This document shows positions 1 through 13,549 of a stretch of DNA of 64,000 bases, piece after piece (within the stretch, counting starts at the first letter, position 1; each line of letters starts with the position of its first letter). Location of the stretch: contig NC_087263.1 of NCBI RefSeq assembly GCF_037042905.1, positions 11,348,001 through 11,412,000 on the forward strand, written 5' to 3'. The stretch is from Lytechinus pictus (taxonomy: Eukaryota). Under the pieces are notes generated by a model. That model was not told the DNA's origin, made no database searches, and saw only the letters and a list, made by a program, of their open reading frames with translations. A program made the translations under genes and the position numbers.

Positions 1-1590
1 TACACTTGGAATATTTTTGGACCTCTCCAAGGCCTTCGATACCATTGACCATCAAATATTACTGCATAAACTCTTTCACTATGGTATTCGTGGAAAGGCC
101 TTGGAGTGGTTTAGAAGCTATCTCATAGGAAGGTCTCAGTTCGTTTCTATTAAGGGTGTTAATTCGTCTTTTAAACAGCTACTTTGTGGTGTCCCTCAGG
201 GATCTATCCTTGGACCTTTACTTTTTATTTTGTATATGAATGACTTTCAAAACTCTTCTCGAGTCCTGTCATTTACTTTATTCGCTGATGATTCTTCCGT
301 TTTCTTTTCCCATAAAAATCCCAATATCCTATTAGAAACAGTTAATATTGAACTTAGACTTGTTGCAGAATGGATATGCGCAAATAAACTTTCCCTTAAC
401 ATAAATAAAACTCAATGTATGTTTTTCAGTAATTCTATCTCACAGTTACCCGGTAATGTTTACATTAATAATACTGTTATAAATATAGTTGATTCGTTAA
501 AATTTCTTGGTCTTATCATTGACAATAAACTTTCTTGGAAAGAGCATAATTTGAATTTAGGTAAAACGCTTGCGAGGAATGTTGGGGTAATCAATAAACT
601 AAAATCGTCATTTCCTGTGCATATTTTAAAAGGTTTGTACTCAACACTTATCCTACCTTACCTGAACTACGGTATACTTGCATGGGGTAATTCGTTTAAT
701 TACCAACTGGATAAATTGTTAATTCTTCAAAAACGGGTATTGCGAATAATTTGCCATTCTGACAGGTTAAGTCACACAAACATTTTATTTTTCAACAATA
801 AAGTATTAAAGGTGCATGATTTATATAATTTCTTTTTAGGTTGTTTCATGTTTCAATTGAACTCAAATGCTCTTCCTCATGCTTTTACATCACTATTCCA
901 AAAGAATCAACATTTGCATACTTACCCTACCCGACAGTCGTCATTCTTTCACTTGCATAGGTTGAGAACAGTACTTAGGAAAAGAACGATAGTATATACT
1001 GGTCCAGTTTATTGGAATTCCTTGGATATGACACTTAGGCAACTACAAAATTATAATATTTTCAAACATCACTTGAAAGCAAAGCTTCTTCTTCGATATA
1101 ATGAAACAAACTGAAATTGCTATTTATTGGCATGCTCTATTGCATTTTTGTCCACAGAGCTTATTATCCAGAAGTTTCTTAAATTCTGTTGGATGGCAGC
1201 TGCTTACTTTATTTATTTTGTTTTTTTTATTTCTTCGTTTCTTTCTTTCTTTGTTTTTTGTCACGTTTCTGTGTTGTGTTGTTTTTGTGGGTGTAATTTA
1301 ATTGATAAAATGTTGTCACGTGTATTATTACTAAGTAGTAATGTCAAATGTAATGTATAAAAAAGGGAACCTTATCTACAAGCATTCTGCTTCTAAGGTT
1401 TCCTCCACTTTTCCGTTTTTGTATGTACTTAAACATGTATTAATATGTAGTGATTAAGAATGCTTGTTATCTATACTTATATAGTCTACGTGTGTAATGG
1501 TTGCTCAGCTTAGTTATGTCAGTTAAGTTATCAAAGTTTTGTAACATAACGGATTTGTGGAAATAAAACCTAAATGAAAAATGAAAAAAT
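1..1590 (+). mobile_element. 3' portion of a LINE including a T-rich 3' UTR and an A-rich tail
   Basis: RT ORF, then ~450 bp of T-rich UTR ending in AATAAA (~1562) and aaatgaaaaatgaaaaaa. The 3' boundary is approximate. Confidence 0.7.
2..1114 (+). CDS. C-terminal part of a non-LTR retrotransposon ORF2 reverse transcriptase (CR1/L2-group LINE); 5' part lies outside the window
   Basis: Frame is open from the window start with RT motifs [36 protein letters not shown] and the post-[11 protein letters not shown] segment; no stop until 1114. Confidence 0.9.
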   Translation, partial: TLGIFLDLSKAFDTIDHQILLHKLFHYGIRGKALEWFRSYLIGRSQFVSIKGVNSSFKQLLCGVPQGSILGPLLFILYMNDFQNSSRVLSFTLFADDSSVFFSHKNPNILLETVNIELRLVAEWICANKLSLNINKTQCMFFSNSISQLPGNVYINNTVINIVDSLKFLGLIIDNKLSWKEHNLNLGKTLARNVGVINKLKSSFPVHILKGLYSTLILPYLNYGILAWGNSFNYQLDKLLILQKRVLRIICHSDRLSHTNILFFNNKVLKVHDLYNFFLGCFMFQLNSNALPHAFTSLFQKNQHLHTYPTRQSSFFHLHRLRTVLRKRTIVYTGPVYWNSLDMTLRQLQNYNIFKHHLKAKLLLRYNETN

Positions 1591-2519
1591 ATGTATAATT
1601 CCATATTCGATCTATTTCTTGTTATTTTTTGGTTATCATTCTTTGCAGGAATGGTCAGTTTAACATTTACGTTTTACTCTGTGCCGATGATCAATTCATT
1701 TCTATAACTAAAAAAGTGCAAAATAAATGATTTTGAGATATAATCTACCATCTCTAAAGGCGCGCACAAATAAACTGTAAAAATCATATCACAAGTAGTA
1801 AAGTGAGTATAAAAAATGTGCAGGCATACGGTGTGTGTGCGTATGGGAGGCTGTGTGTGTCAGGTGTCAGGGGTGTGAGAGTTCAGATTTTTATCTGATT
1901 TCAGATTTTTTTATTTTTTATTTCAGCTTATTTTTGGCTTACCTCTGTACAAAAAGTATGGGAGCTCTTCTATTTCAGACTTTTTCAACACTCTTCAGCT
2001 TTTTTCAGATCTTCCTATTTGTGGCCACTCACACCCCATGGGTGTGTGTGTTTATATGACTGAATTTCATGCACTCAATAATTTAGATATTAAATGAACA
2101 CAGACAGCATATTTACTCCAACTGAATGCATCGACGCCCATGGGTGTCCATGTAATGGAAGTCTCAAACCAGATTATGTTTTTCCAACAAATTAGTATTA
2201 GATGGCAAATTACATTTTTAAAATTGCCTTTTTATTCACTCCCATGTGAATAAATTGGCAATAATCGGAAATGTGCTCATTTCGATTGCCTGTATGATGA
2301 AATCATGTTGACATACATATTCATCAGACTCATCGTTGCGTGCTGCTATAAGATGCATTTCTTCCCTGGATGGTTTGTATTACAGATATACACCTCACAT
2401 ACCCCATTATTTATATTTATCTCCATCTATTTAATCTGCTCATTTTCCCGTTGTCTTTTCAGTAATAAAATCAACGGTAGAAAACAAATCTTTCCTAAAA
2501 GTCTAAAATGAAACATTAC

Positions 2520-2730
2520 ATCCGACTAGAAAAATACAGTGTGTGTCGCAGTGTGGAACCCAATGTGAAATCACCTTCACACTGTTGAATTTGAGCATTT
2601 CGACAGTGTGAATCACATAGTCGACTATATGTGAACACGCTGTGAACAGTCACACTGTCTAGGTGTCCACTTCCAAAATTGTAAATAATGTTTTTACATA
2701 GTCCACTGTGATCACAATGATACTGTGTTC
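2520..2730. mobile_element. MITE-like interspersed repeat rich in cacactgt/acagtgtg; related copy at ~48590-48880
   Basis: Similar sequence in inverted orientation at the two loci; boundaries approximate. Confidence 0.5.
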
Positions 2731-3313
2731 ACTGATTAATGCCTTTGCGCAGCACCAGATAATTCAAAGTTCCATAAATGAAAATATTAAACAAAATAGT
2801 AGTATTTTTCATTTTAAGGCCAATATGTTCGAATGCAATGATTATGTCCAATTGGATTCGGGTTTAATGACATCCTTCAATCTGTCAATGTTTTTTAAGT
2901 TAACGCCATCACTATCAACCCTGTGAAAGTGAAAGACGTCATATTCTTTGTAGCAAATCGGTGATTGTAAACCGCAGTGTCGTTGTATTGCAAATTTTCG
3001 TCCGGTCCGAATTTTCGGATGACCTGCTGTCCCGGTCCAACCTTCGACAAAAACCTCTCAGCTGTCCATTGTGATTTGACTTACATTTTCAAAGGAATGT
3101 AGAATTGTAGAAAGCGTCTACGATTGCGAAATACGCTAATGTATCATGTTGCGAACCAAAAATGAGGGTATTGCACTCTCATGCTTTTTAACTGGTGACT
3201 TAAACGTTGGTTAAAATATGACGCGACCAACTTTCCACAAAAAATTCTAATTCATTTTGTATGCAATTTCGTTTAACCAACTGTTGGCTATGTCATGAAA
3301 AATAAAATCCTTG

Positions 3314-3381
<68 letters not shown>
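3314..3381. repeat. (TA)n microsatellite
   Basis: Direct reading; a second TA tract lies at ~3539-3575. Confidence 0.95.
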
Positions 3382-3385
<4 letters not shown>

Positions 3386-3393
3386 TCACGAAT

Positions 3394-3434
3394 CTTCCCT
3401 GAAGAAGGTAGATGTCTACCGAAAATTTGGAAAG
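3394..3434 (+). ncRNA. Putative minimal type I hammerhead ribozyme motif (Penelope-like element remnant)
   Basis: CTGAAGA (3399-3405) + a + GGTAG-atgt-CTACC stem II + GAAA + ATTT + GGAA, which pairs with upstream TTCC (stem I). The fragment is embedded between (TA)n tracts. Confidence 0.55.
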
Positions 3435-4666
3435 TGAATAAAAGAACTTGTTGGCATTGCAAAAATTGCATTACTCGTGAATTTGTTTCGCATTTCTGAT
3501 GTCTTAGTATTGCCAATACGTGGAAAACCAAGATGCTTATATATTTATATATATATATATATGTAAATATATGCATACATATTGGTTATTATAATCTAAG
3601 TTCAAATGAAATCAAAGCAACCACTGTAAAGATCATGTAGTAAACAGCATTGTATAAAAGTTTTAAACAACATTTTTACTGTGTGGTGCGGCTTATTTTT
3701 CCTCAATGTTCAATGTGGACTATGCCCGGCCATGGAACAAATTTAATGGACGTGATGGAAGAAAGGACTGTTGCATTGCGCAGTTTATACCTTCAAAAGG
3801 ATACTCTTATCCATTCTCTGGCCTATAATATCCCTGATATGAAAGAGGAAACCTCTTTACCTCAACACCAATGCGTGTTTCAAATCGACCAGTCCGCGCC
3901 TCTCGAGATACACATTCAGACAATAAGGCTTCATCCAAAACAAATGCATCTCTGGTGTCGCATTCCAAGCAGATGCTAGAGATAATGATGTCTGATTAAC
4001 AACATTATAGACGCACATGAAATGGAATATATCGTCCCCGGCTATACTTACCATAATTAGCAACATGAAACCAGCAAACGAATTGCTAATTACTTTATAT
4101 TGGATTAAAATAAGCCAACGAACAATGAGGGAGAATGAGGTTAGTATTGTCATCGAGGGGAGTAATATTCTACATCGAGCACAGGTGGACTCCCCCGCGG
4201 TATTTTAACTATTCGTCGGGAATGCAGGTCATTTCTGGCAATGAACCAAGGTATTCAAGCTAACATGATGGGTGGAGGCAAGGTTTGTCTAATAGAAATT
4301 GGGAATGGTAGCTTCATCTATTTTTTTTTGGAATGAAAAGGACAAAAATATGAGCATAATGCTTACAATGTAACCAAAATCCATAGTGACGCCGAAGAAG
4401 AAATGTAAACCTTGAGGCCCGAATTCACAAAGGTGGTTTTTAAAACCATCGGTTAAACCCAAGGTTTATGCAGATTTCATGTATAAATTACGCTTATTTA
4501 TCGCGTATATAAAAAAATGTCCGATGCTGATGCGCGCTTTTGTCACAGTGCGCAAAATTGACGCCTGTTGCCATGGTTAAATACGCTTTCTTTATTCTTG
4601 AGTCCACTATTTGAAGACTGGACTCGTTAATTAAAAAAAAAACATCCTCACACACCCATATATATG

Positions 4667-4708
<42 letters not shown>

Positions 4709-5199
4709 CGTGAGGGTGTGTGTGTGTGTTTTTTTTTTACTAGAATACGAGTTTATAGGAAAACTTTCAATCATCTACAAAAATACTTCAAATTGAAATC
4801 TATGATGGTTCGCATCTTCATCAATTTTTCACTTTTTCTTGTTAAAATTGTTCATGTTATGCCGCTTTGTGTTATCGTTTCCTTGCATGTATGTTTAGTA
4901 TCATATCCATGATTAATCTAGTCATTGTTTTGTTGGGGTAGTTATTTTTTATTGTACCTACCTACGCCGACTTCATTTCCTATGTTCATTGTAAGAGAAA
5001 GATTGGTAGATGGATCTTAGAGTGGTATCAGGGTGCAGATTGACACTAACAGATATATGTGATTGCCTTGAAGCATTATTATAATAGACTCATCAATCGG
5101 CTTAATGGATCAGCCATCGAGACTGAATTAATGAGTTCCACCCAGCCTTTTTATTTCCATCGCTGAACAGGGAAAAGTGGAACTCTGATCTCAAGTTTT

Positions 5200-5553
5200 G
5201 TTGAGCATTTTAAGGTAAACTATGACACATAAACTCTTGGGTGTATAATTCGTACAGTCATGACAGTAAAAGTGCGGGTTACTTTGATATAGGAGGATGA
5301 GGGAGAGAGGGGCTTGTAAACTTATGGGTTTTTCCTCAACGAAAATTAAATACTGGTATTATAGGCTCTCGTGTTGAGCATTTTAAAGTAAACTATGACA
5401 AATGAACTCTTGGGTGTATAATTCTTACAGTCATGACAGTAAAAGTGCGGGTTACTTTGATATAGGAGGATGAGGGAGAGGGGGGGGGGGGGGGGCTAGT
5501 AAACTTATGGGTTTTTCCTCAACGAAAATTAAATACGGGTATTATAGGCTCTC
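5200..5553 (+). repeat. Local tandem duplication of ~172 bp
   Basis: gttgagcatttta...ataggctctc occurs at ~5200-5370 and ~5373-5553, with few differences and an expanded G run in copy 2. Confidence 0.9.
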
Positions 5554-7004
5554 ACCTTCTTTTGTTTCCGTATTTTCTTTCGCCCCACCCCACAGAAACA
5601 AAATCAAATGAGATGGGAAGGAAAAAATACGAAAACAAAAGAAGGCAAATACTAACAAGAAGGTGCGAGGGTGTTTAATATGATACCCGTATTTGGTTTT
5701 CGTTGAAAAAAAAATAATAAAAACGACATAAAGTTACAAGTCTCAGAACACGTACGCAAACATTAGCATACACTTTTAGCGGATGAAATGGACAAGACCC
5801 ATGTCACATTTGCATACATGCTGTACAGGGGTCTGTTCAGATATGGAAAGACAATTTTAAGATTGATCTTCCTCGACACGCTTTACATGCTTTACCCATT
5901 TTTGTTTCGAAAGGGTGAAGAAAATGGGCATTATACAGAAACCCTAATTACTAACATTCGTAGGATTGTTACAACGCAGCCCATTAGCTAAAATACACTT
6001 CTAAATGTTTCCAGAAGTGACAGTCAACATCAGGAGCAGATGCATCTGCTACTACATAGATATCCTGCACCTCGAAGAGAAGGTTAATGTTTTAGTTTTT
6101 ATTCTCAGTTTTATTTCAAACAATATATAGCTCACTGGCAACAGCGTAGTATCGTCTGCGTAGTATCGTCTACGACCAGATTAAGATAGTGCACAAAAGG
6201 TCATGCAACTCACACACAAACAAATAAATGAATGGATGAATAAATAAATGAATTTAATGAATAAATAAAATGTGCACTAAACAAAATCACCTTTACGAAT
6301 TCATTTCCCCCAGCAATGATTAATTGTCGTTAACAAATATTTCACAACATAACAGCAGGGTCAGTCTCACTTTATGTGAACCGATTCCAGCGAGACAAGT
6401 AAATGTTTCTCTTATCTACCCTAAGTATAATTTTCCTTAATGGCAAAACAAATAACATGGGCATGATGGGTGACGCGTCAGAAAGGGTTATCGAGGTACG
6501 TCTCACTTAACGAATGAGTAAATTAATAAAAAAAATACGGGCAGGTAAATCTGGAGATAGAATGTTGCTCCCTCGTCTACACAAAGGATTAAACTTCACA
6601 CAAAGAGTACATATGGAAAATGAAATGTCTGGGCTCACTGCTTTTCAATAGAAATTCCATTAATCATTAGTGTTGATTCGATGGAACAAGGAAGGACGAT
6701 TGTTTTAATAGCTTGTGTACAAGATAAATGCACTAAATGCCAACTTAAAGATTGTCGTTACCTGTCAGGGAAATGGTACAGAGTTATGATACTGAATGTA
6801 TCCATTTAAAAGTGGCAAGGCGTGTGTGTTTGCTAGTTAAAAAACACACACAAAGCTAACATTCAACGTTCTCAGTAAATCCGCTCTGTCATTTAAATTG
6901 TGTCCCAGGTTCACCATGTTGACTGTAGGAAGATTAGGATGGATGTGACAATGGCTTAGAGATGGGGGCACTTGACACCCTCCTCCCCCCAAAAAAAAAT
7001 AATG

Positions 7005-7040
<36 letters not shown>

Positions 7041-8985
7041 TAATAATAATAAATAAATGAAATAAAATAATGAAATAAATCACCAACAAGATTTAAAAAA
7101 AATGTTTGGTTTATTACGCCATTTGGATGTGCCAAGATGAATAGTTTGATTTTCCTAATCATAACCATATTACAGGATAATTCTTATTTCAATTCCCATT
7201 TTTCAAAAACAAAATATATATTACAGAAGATGTCTTATGTATGTTTTTTTTTATTATTTCTAAACCAGCTCCCAAAGGAGACGAAATAAGATTGTAAATT
7301 TCATCAGATATTCGAATCTATCCATATGAATACAAGGTAATAGACACAATTATTTTCAACTTGTCCATTTAGATGGAAATTTAGAAAAGATCAATCAAGA
7401 CAATAACATTAGAATAATAATGATAATATTTACGAAACGTAAACCAGTTCACTAACGAATTTTACTATTCATTCCAAAATCTATGTAACATAATACATAA
7501 AGTGACTCGGGCACCTATCTTTGTAAATCCAGCCTCGTTATTGGCGAAGTGGAATAAGAAGTCATCGAAGAGATTTTTTGTAAATAAATAAGCTCTCGAG
7601 GCTTTTCTGAAGCTCTTACATCTCCCAATTACTTAAACCTGGATCAGGAAGCTTATTCCGAAAATTAGTTTGGTTCCGAAACAGCTGCTATTTGAAATGC
7701 ACAAATAAGGCAGGTTTGAAAAGTCTTTGTTGGAGATATGATAGTTGTAGTTGGCGTGTTCAGAAGTAATGATATCAAGGAGATAAATCGAATAATTTGT
7801 GAAACAGAAGCTTGTAACACATGAGAAGATCTGCATAAACATATCTTTTTAATATGGAAGTAACCAATGATGGTGAGTCAACATCTTTATTTTCACTGAC
7901 ACACATGGGCTGGGGTTGTTTCCCCTCCTCCCCCCCACCCACCCTTAAAAAAAACATAATAATGATAAATGAATAACATGATATGAAATAAACAAATAAA
8001 TGAGATAATAAATGAATAAGAAAGAAAAACTCTCAAAATATAAGTTTCAAAATCGGTGAAAAAGAAAAAAATATATATTATGCATAAAAGGAATTTATTT
8101 TACATTCGTTCGCCTCCTTCACTCACGACCATCTTCAGGGATATTGATTCAATATAGACCATGTTCTGCCCCTTTTATTATTATTATAATTTTTTTTTTT
8201 TTGGGGGGGGGGGTAATATGTCACAAGCTGGATTTTGTTTCGCCTTTCTTGTTCAACGGTCTTCCAGCACCATGTTGCCATTATCTTGGCCCCTTAAAAA
8301 ATAGGTTAGGGATTAATCGCTAAATAAAATGGTCTAGCAAGAAAATCTTTTTCACAGTATACTGACTATGAACCAATAAGAATTGTTCTTTCATATTTTA
8401 GCGATGAATTGCTAGAGTTTGTGTTACGGGGCCCTGATCTTCGTTAGATGTAGACTTATCATGTTGAATTATATTGAGTTTTTTGTATTTTATTCAAATT
8501 TAAGGGATTCCATCTCATTATTCTATGACAGATGTGCTACGCAAGTATTTTCATAGCGAGGGGAAGGCTGGCACTGGGGGGGGGGGGGGAATCTGTTTTT
8601 GCCTCACCTGCATAGCAGAGTGATACTATAGGCGCCCCTTTTCCGACGGCAACGGTGTCAACATCAAATCTTAACCGAAGGTCAAGTTTTTGAAATGACA
8701 GTATAACTTAAAAAGCACATAGACCTAGTTCATGAAACTTGGTATTTCTGAATATCATGCCTTAGTTTCAGGGTCATGTGATCAAGGGCAAAGGTCATTT
8801 AAGGTCAATGAACTGGGGGTATTTGTTGAATTATCATCATAACTTTAAAGTTAATAAATCCGATTCATGAAACTTGGACATTAGAGTAGTCAAGTATCAC
8901 TGAACGTCCCGATCGAGTTTCAGGTCACATGACTAAGATCATAGGTCAAATTTTGCCATTTTGGGGGTATTTGTTGAATTACCAT

Positions 8986-9212
8986 CACTAGCGTACCTAC
9001 GGGGGGGGGGCAGGGGGTGCACTCTGCCCCCCCCCTGACGAGTCACAACCAATGCAAAAGACGTATCTTTGCCCCACCTGACGGACTTGAAAACCCCGTT
9101 TTGCCCCCCCTGACGAGCTTGAAGACCTTTTTTTATTTTTATTTTTTTTTTTTTTTTTGCTTGTCAATTTTTTTCTGGTACGGAATCCTTTATTTGTGTG
9201 TGATCGAAGACC

Positions 9213-9247
<35 letters not shown>

Positions 9248-9307
9248 TGTCAAATTTTTTTGCGGACGGTTTTGCCCCCCCTGTGGAAAATCCTAGGTAC
9301 GCCACTG
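8986..9307. mobile_element. hAT-like MITE with 8-bp TSD
   Basis: Termini cactagcgtaccta.../...taggtacgccactg, flanked by ATTACCAT at 8978-8985 and 9308-9315. Confidence 0.8.
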
Positions 9308-9676
9308 ATTACCATCATAACTCATAAAATTGTATTGGTTTAGTTCATAAAGCTTAGACATAAGAGTAATCAAGTGTCACTGAACATCCTGTGTGAGTTT
9401 CACGTCACATGACTAAGGTCAAAGGTCATTAAGGTCAATGAACTTTGACCATGTTGGAGGTAATTATTAAATTGCTGTCATAACTTTCAAAGTTTTTGGA
9501 TATAGTTTATGAGTTATAGACATAGGGGTAATCAAGTATCACTGACAAGTCTTAGGTCACATGATCAAGGTCAAATGTCATTTAGGGTCAACGAACGTAG
9601 TATTGTATCATCATATGAATGGTGTTTTTTGTGAATTACTATTCTATAGTATTTGTCAAAGTCAGCACTGCTGCTA

Positions 9677-9844
9677 CACTGTAAAAAAACGAAGTGCTAA
9701 TTTAGCACTCACAGTGATTGTAAAGTGACTGCGCTACGAGTGCTGATTTTCTAGTTTAAATTTGAACTAGAAAAATCAGCACTCGTAGTGCAGTCACTAT
9801 ACAAGCACTGTAAGTGCTAAATTAGCACTTCATTTTTTTCAGTG
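9677..9844. mobile_element. Palindromic CACTG-ended MITE with TA flanks
   Basis: CACTGTAAAAAA...gtgctaatttagcact...TTTTTCAGTG, self-complementary along its length. Near-identical copies at ~14845-15010 and ~47549-47716, partial copy at ~14530-14660. Confidence 0.85.
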
Positions 9845-10869
9845 TATATTGAATTTCGAGGTGCAGTTGAGACTGACAGAGGCGCTTCCACTTTTTTTCC
9901 TTTGTTTTTTTTTTGGGGGGGGTTGGGGGTCTTATCATTAAAATGACAGGGGCAATATAGAAAGAAAAAACTTGTATATGTTTATGCTCCTTCTTCCATC
10001 TTCTCTCTTTCCCTTCTTTGTACTTTTCCACTCTTATTTCTATTAGTTTTGACTAATTGAAAAATCAAAGTGGACGGTTCACACTCTACCATCCCCGCAA
10101 CTCTATTGTGGCGCCCTTTCTGGTCAAAAGGTAATGCACTTGCAGAAAGTGCTATTTCCTACCGGTTAGTTGCTTCAAAATTGTAAAGCTTAAAGATAAA
10201 TTTGAGTCCCACCACCTGCCTTAGATCACCAAGACATAATAATGAGATAATACCATCGGTGTCATGTATGATATGTCTTGTAATCATGTGCGCTTCGCTT
10301 TGCTCCTGCCAACCCATCGCTCATTGTATTCCTTTTACTAATATGAGACATGGATCGTGATGAGTTAATAGAACATTCGATCGGGGCTTACGCATGGAGG
10401 CTAATGGCTACAGCATACGTGCCGCGAATCACGAACATAATCTTGTAGAAGATATATGGGTGGTGTGATTCTTGTCACGATGGAAGATAATAAGCTAAGC
10501 CGTTTTACTTGATCATGTATTCTGCTGTGCATTGAAATAAAGCCAATAAAATATCACAAATTAATGCACTTGCTGGCATGAAGTCTGACGTAATGGCCCA
10601 AACTTACACACAAACAGTTGGTTGTAAATGTGTAGTCTGATTATATGGTTAATGTACATTCCATACAATAATTGCTCTTAATCTAGAGTGTGTTGCCAAT
10701 GAGTTAGTACGCTACAATTAATGTGCACTTTATTACAACAGGCTAAATTTGCCCTCTGTGTCGAATTAATTATTCCAATGTTTACATAAATGGCTTACAT
10801 CACTGGCTGGCTTATTAACAGCGTAGGCTTTCCTCTTTAAATAAGCCAAATACACTGTTGATTTGGGCT

Positions 10870-11400
10870 AAAAATGCATGTTTGATGTCTCTGGAACTGC
10901 AGTCTAGTTGTTAGACACTGACTCGGACGGTATCAACAAGTGATCATTGATGGTCCACTATCCATTCCAATTCTACTAAGTTTGAGGTACCACAAGGGTC
11001 TGTCATCGGGTCTGTACTATTTACCCGTTACACTACACAATTAGAAGAACTTATTCATTCCTACAAGGGTTTTTTACGCATTCAGGTAACACACAACTAC
11101 ATGTCCAGTTTGGCCGAGCATTCCAGATGTTGCATAAAAGATTGTCTTGATGCCAATTTTTTTTCTTTGATGCCTGAAAACTACTCCTTAGCGACAGATA
11201 AATAGACGTCATGTACCCGTCCATCCATTGAACAGGTATTACAGGATCCCCTCCAATTAAAAATTTGAAAACAATGAAAATCGTCCTAAACTCTCTCTAT
11301 AACCTTTCGATTACGTCCCCAATCAAAAGCGTTTGTCCTAGAGCATCATTTACCCTATTTTGAAAAATTATTAAATATCCAAGAGAAGTTTTCTCTTCAA
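10870..11400 (+). mobile_element. Degenerate CR1/L2 LINE RT fragment
   Basis: ~10980 translates to FEVPQGSVIGSVLFTRYTTQLEELI, resembling GVPQGSVLGPxLFxxY; disrupted by stops and frameshifts. Confidence 0.65.
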
Positions 11401-11609
11401 ATTGTCGCTTTATACACTCACCAAGTATAGTGTGGAATGATGCGATTCGAATGTCGACATTCAAACTTTGATCATGTCCATGTCCTAATTTCCTGTCAAA
11501 TTAAGCCTTGTTGAAATGAGTTGTAAACACGCAAACTCTCATTGATTAAAAGGGGTTGGTTTCGATGAAGTTATTGGATCACGCTGTCCAATCATTTCCC
11601 TCACTTAGG

Positions 11610-11880
11610 GTTTTTTCACACGTGAATCTTGAATCATCATCGTAAGGGTGATTGCAATTCGTTTTAGAATCATCGGATCTTTCACACAGAATATTCGTAC
11701 CGTAATTTGAGTAAAACTTAACTGGAATTCGCCTCCGGAGCAGAATTTGAATTCGTTATTGTGATAAGCGTTCGTGATTCTCGTTTGGTTTCACATGACT
11801 TGTGCTAAAAATTCGCCATTAGATTTATTTTTCACTGGAATCATTTAAATTACGATTTTTGTTTTACTGTTTGAAAGAGC
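11610..11880. mobile_element. Interspersed repeat or MITE beginning tttcacacgtgaatcttgaatcatcat; copies at ~28300-28480 and ~28620-28900
   Basis: Three similar copies in the window with short inverted ends (tttcacac.../...gtgtgaaa). Confidence 0.65.
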
Positions 11881-12704
11881 GATTAGTAGAATTAAGACCC
11901 GATATCGACCAATAATAGCTTACGTTACGTAATAACATAACCATAGTAAGCAGGGCCCGCTGAGAGAACAGTTTCCGGAACTGGAGTTTCTACTCTTGGT
12001 AAAATATGACTTTATCATTATTATTATTACTATCATCATCATCATTATTATCATTGTTATTTACTTTATTTAATATGTCAAATGTTGCCTATTTAGAATT
12101 TCTGACCAGAGAGAGATCTCACCTAATCTTAATAATTAGTTGCTAACTTCAAAATTACATAGCCTTGCTGTACAGCTTAACTTTGTTTGGAAAGTAATGG
12201 CTCGGTATCTATTTGTCATGGTTGTAGACTGAATGACCAACTTGCATTTCTGGCTTGACATGTTTATACGTTAGCCAAATTATTTTCAACATGAGAAATA
12301 AAGGAAAATTAAGTGAAAATATGTGAAATACGTTAATGTAATTTAAAACTAGATAGTGGTTTATGTGTATGAGCCATGTGGCACCGTTATTCTTGACATG
12401 CGTGAAGACCCGTGTCTCAAAGACTGATGCGCTATTAAAGATAAATGATGCAACATTGTTGGAAACGTTGATGTTTGATGCAGGCTGAACGTCTGACTTT
12501 TCCATATAGCGATTGAATCTCATCATAATTCACCCTGGGGGCATTATAATGACAAACCAATGTTTGCTTTATTAGATAGTCGGGGTTTTTCATAAACCTG
12601 AAAAAATGTTCATTCTGTCGGAGCCACTTGGCAGACGAAATATTCAGTGTGAAGAGCTGAAACGGCATTTCTCACACATCCAAATAATTTGGGACGGGGT
12701 AGTA

Positions 12705-13531
12705 CACTGTAAAAAAAAATTAGTAGAAATTACTTAATAAAATTGTGGCAAAAAATTGCCTTAATTTTTTCAAGTATTTATGACTTTGGCAGTTTTAAGT
12801 AAAATTTACTTATTTTCTTTGCTTCCATTTTACTCAAAAGATTTAGTTACAATAACTTAATTCAATTAAGTAAAACAATCACTAAAATATTTGAAAATAT
12901 CAAATGGGAGAGTGGATGGACTTTCGTGATTCGAAAGTCCGCTCCCCCATCGTCCCACTTTTGGTGGCATCATTTTCATTTTATACATGTTTTATCCAAA
13001 TATTAGACTTTGTGAATTGTCACTTACCTGTACATGTATAGGTACTGACATTGATATTTATACGCGATCGTTTCATTCTTACAAATAAAACAGTGAGAAT
13101 AATTTTCTGCTAAATGACTATTTAATGTTGCCTTTTCTTTGATTCAACAAAAGAATACAATAGTTAGCACACCCTTATCCAAAACAATTTCAAGCACAAA
13201 TAGAAATGACAGTTATTAAAAAAAAAAAACATTTACTTGCTCTAATGAATATTCATGCATTATTTAAATATGGCGTTAATTGAAAATATAAGTACATTCA
13301 ACATGATTTTATAAGTAATAATCATCTTTGCCTAATTGAGTTAGATTTACTCAATCAAAGCAAGCTATCAATACGTGAATTTTCTTAAATGTATATTGAA
13401 CCCAAATAAATCAAGAAAATTAAAAGACAAGTTGAAACTACTTAAAAACAACGAAAAATAATTACAAATTGTAAATTCTACTTAAATACATTAAGTGTTA
13501 ACTACTGATTCAATGTTTTTTTTTTACAGTG
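12705..13531. mobile_element. CACTG-ended non-autonomous DNA element with TA flanks
   Basis: taCACTGTAAAAAAAA ... TTTTTTTTACAGTGta termini around an AT-rich interior. Confidence 0.7.
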
Positions 13532-13549
13532 TAGGAAGCTGCGAGAACA

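Larger units (their letters stand above)
8596..9893 (+). mobile_element. Helentron-associated (HINE/DINE-1-like) non-autonomous element with internal tandem repeats and two nested MITEs
   Basis: 5' T run + ctcacctgc, matching degenerate gcagttgag near the 3' end, and internal repeats containing catgaaacttg and ggtcaaaggtca. Same family as 59984-61167. Confidence 0.75.

Noticed and set aside
3247..3576. ORFs with YIYIYI runs (also 4664-4912 and the poly-K/F/I ORFs at 6956, 8997 and 9017)
   Set aside because: Translations of microsatellites and homopolymers.
3650..4310. Cluster of short ORFs in slightly more complex sequence
   Set aside because: No recognisable motif or consistent splice structure; may be an old TE remnant but I cannot support a call.
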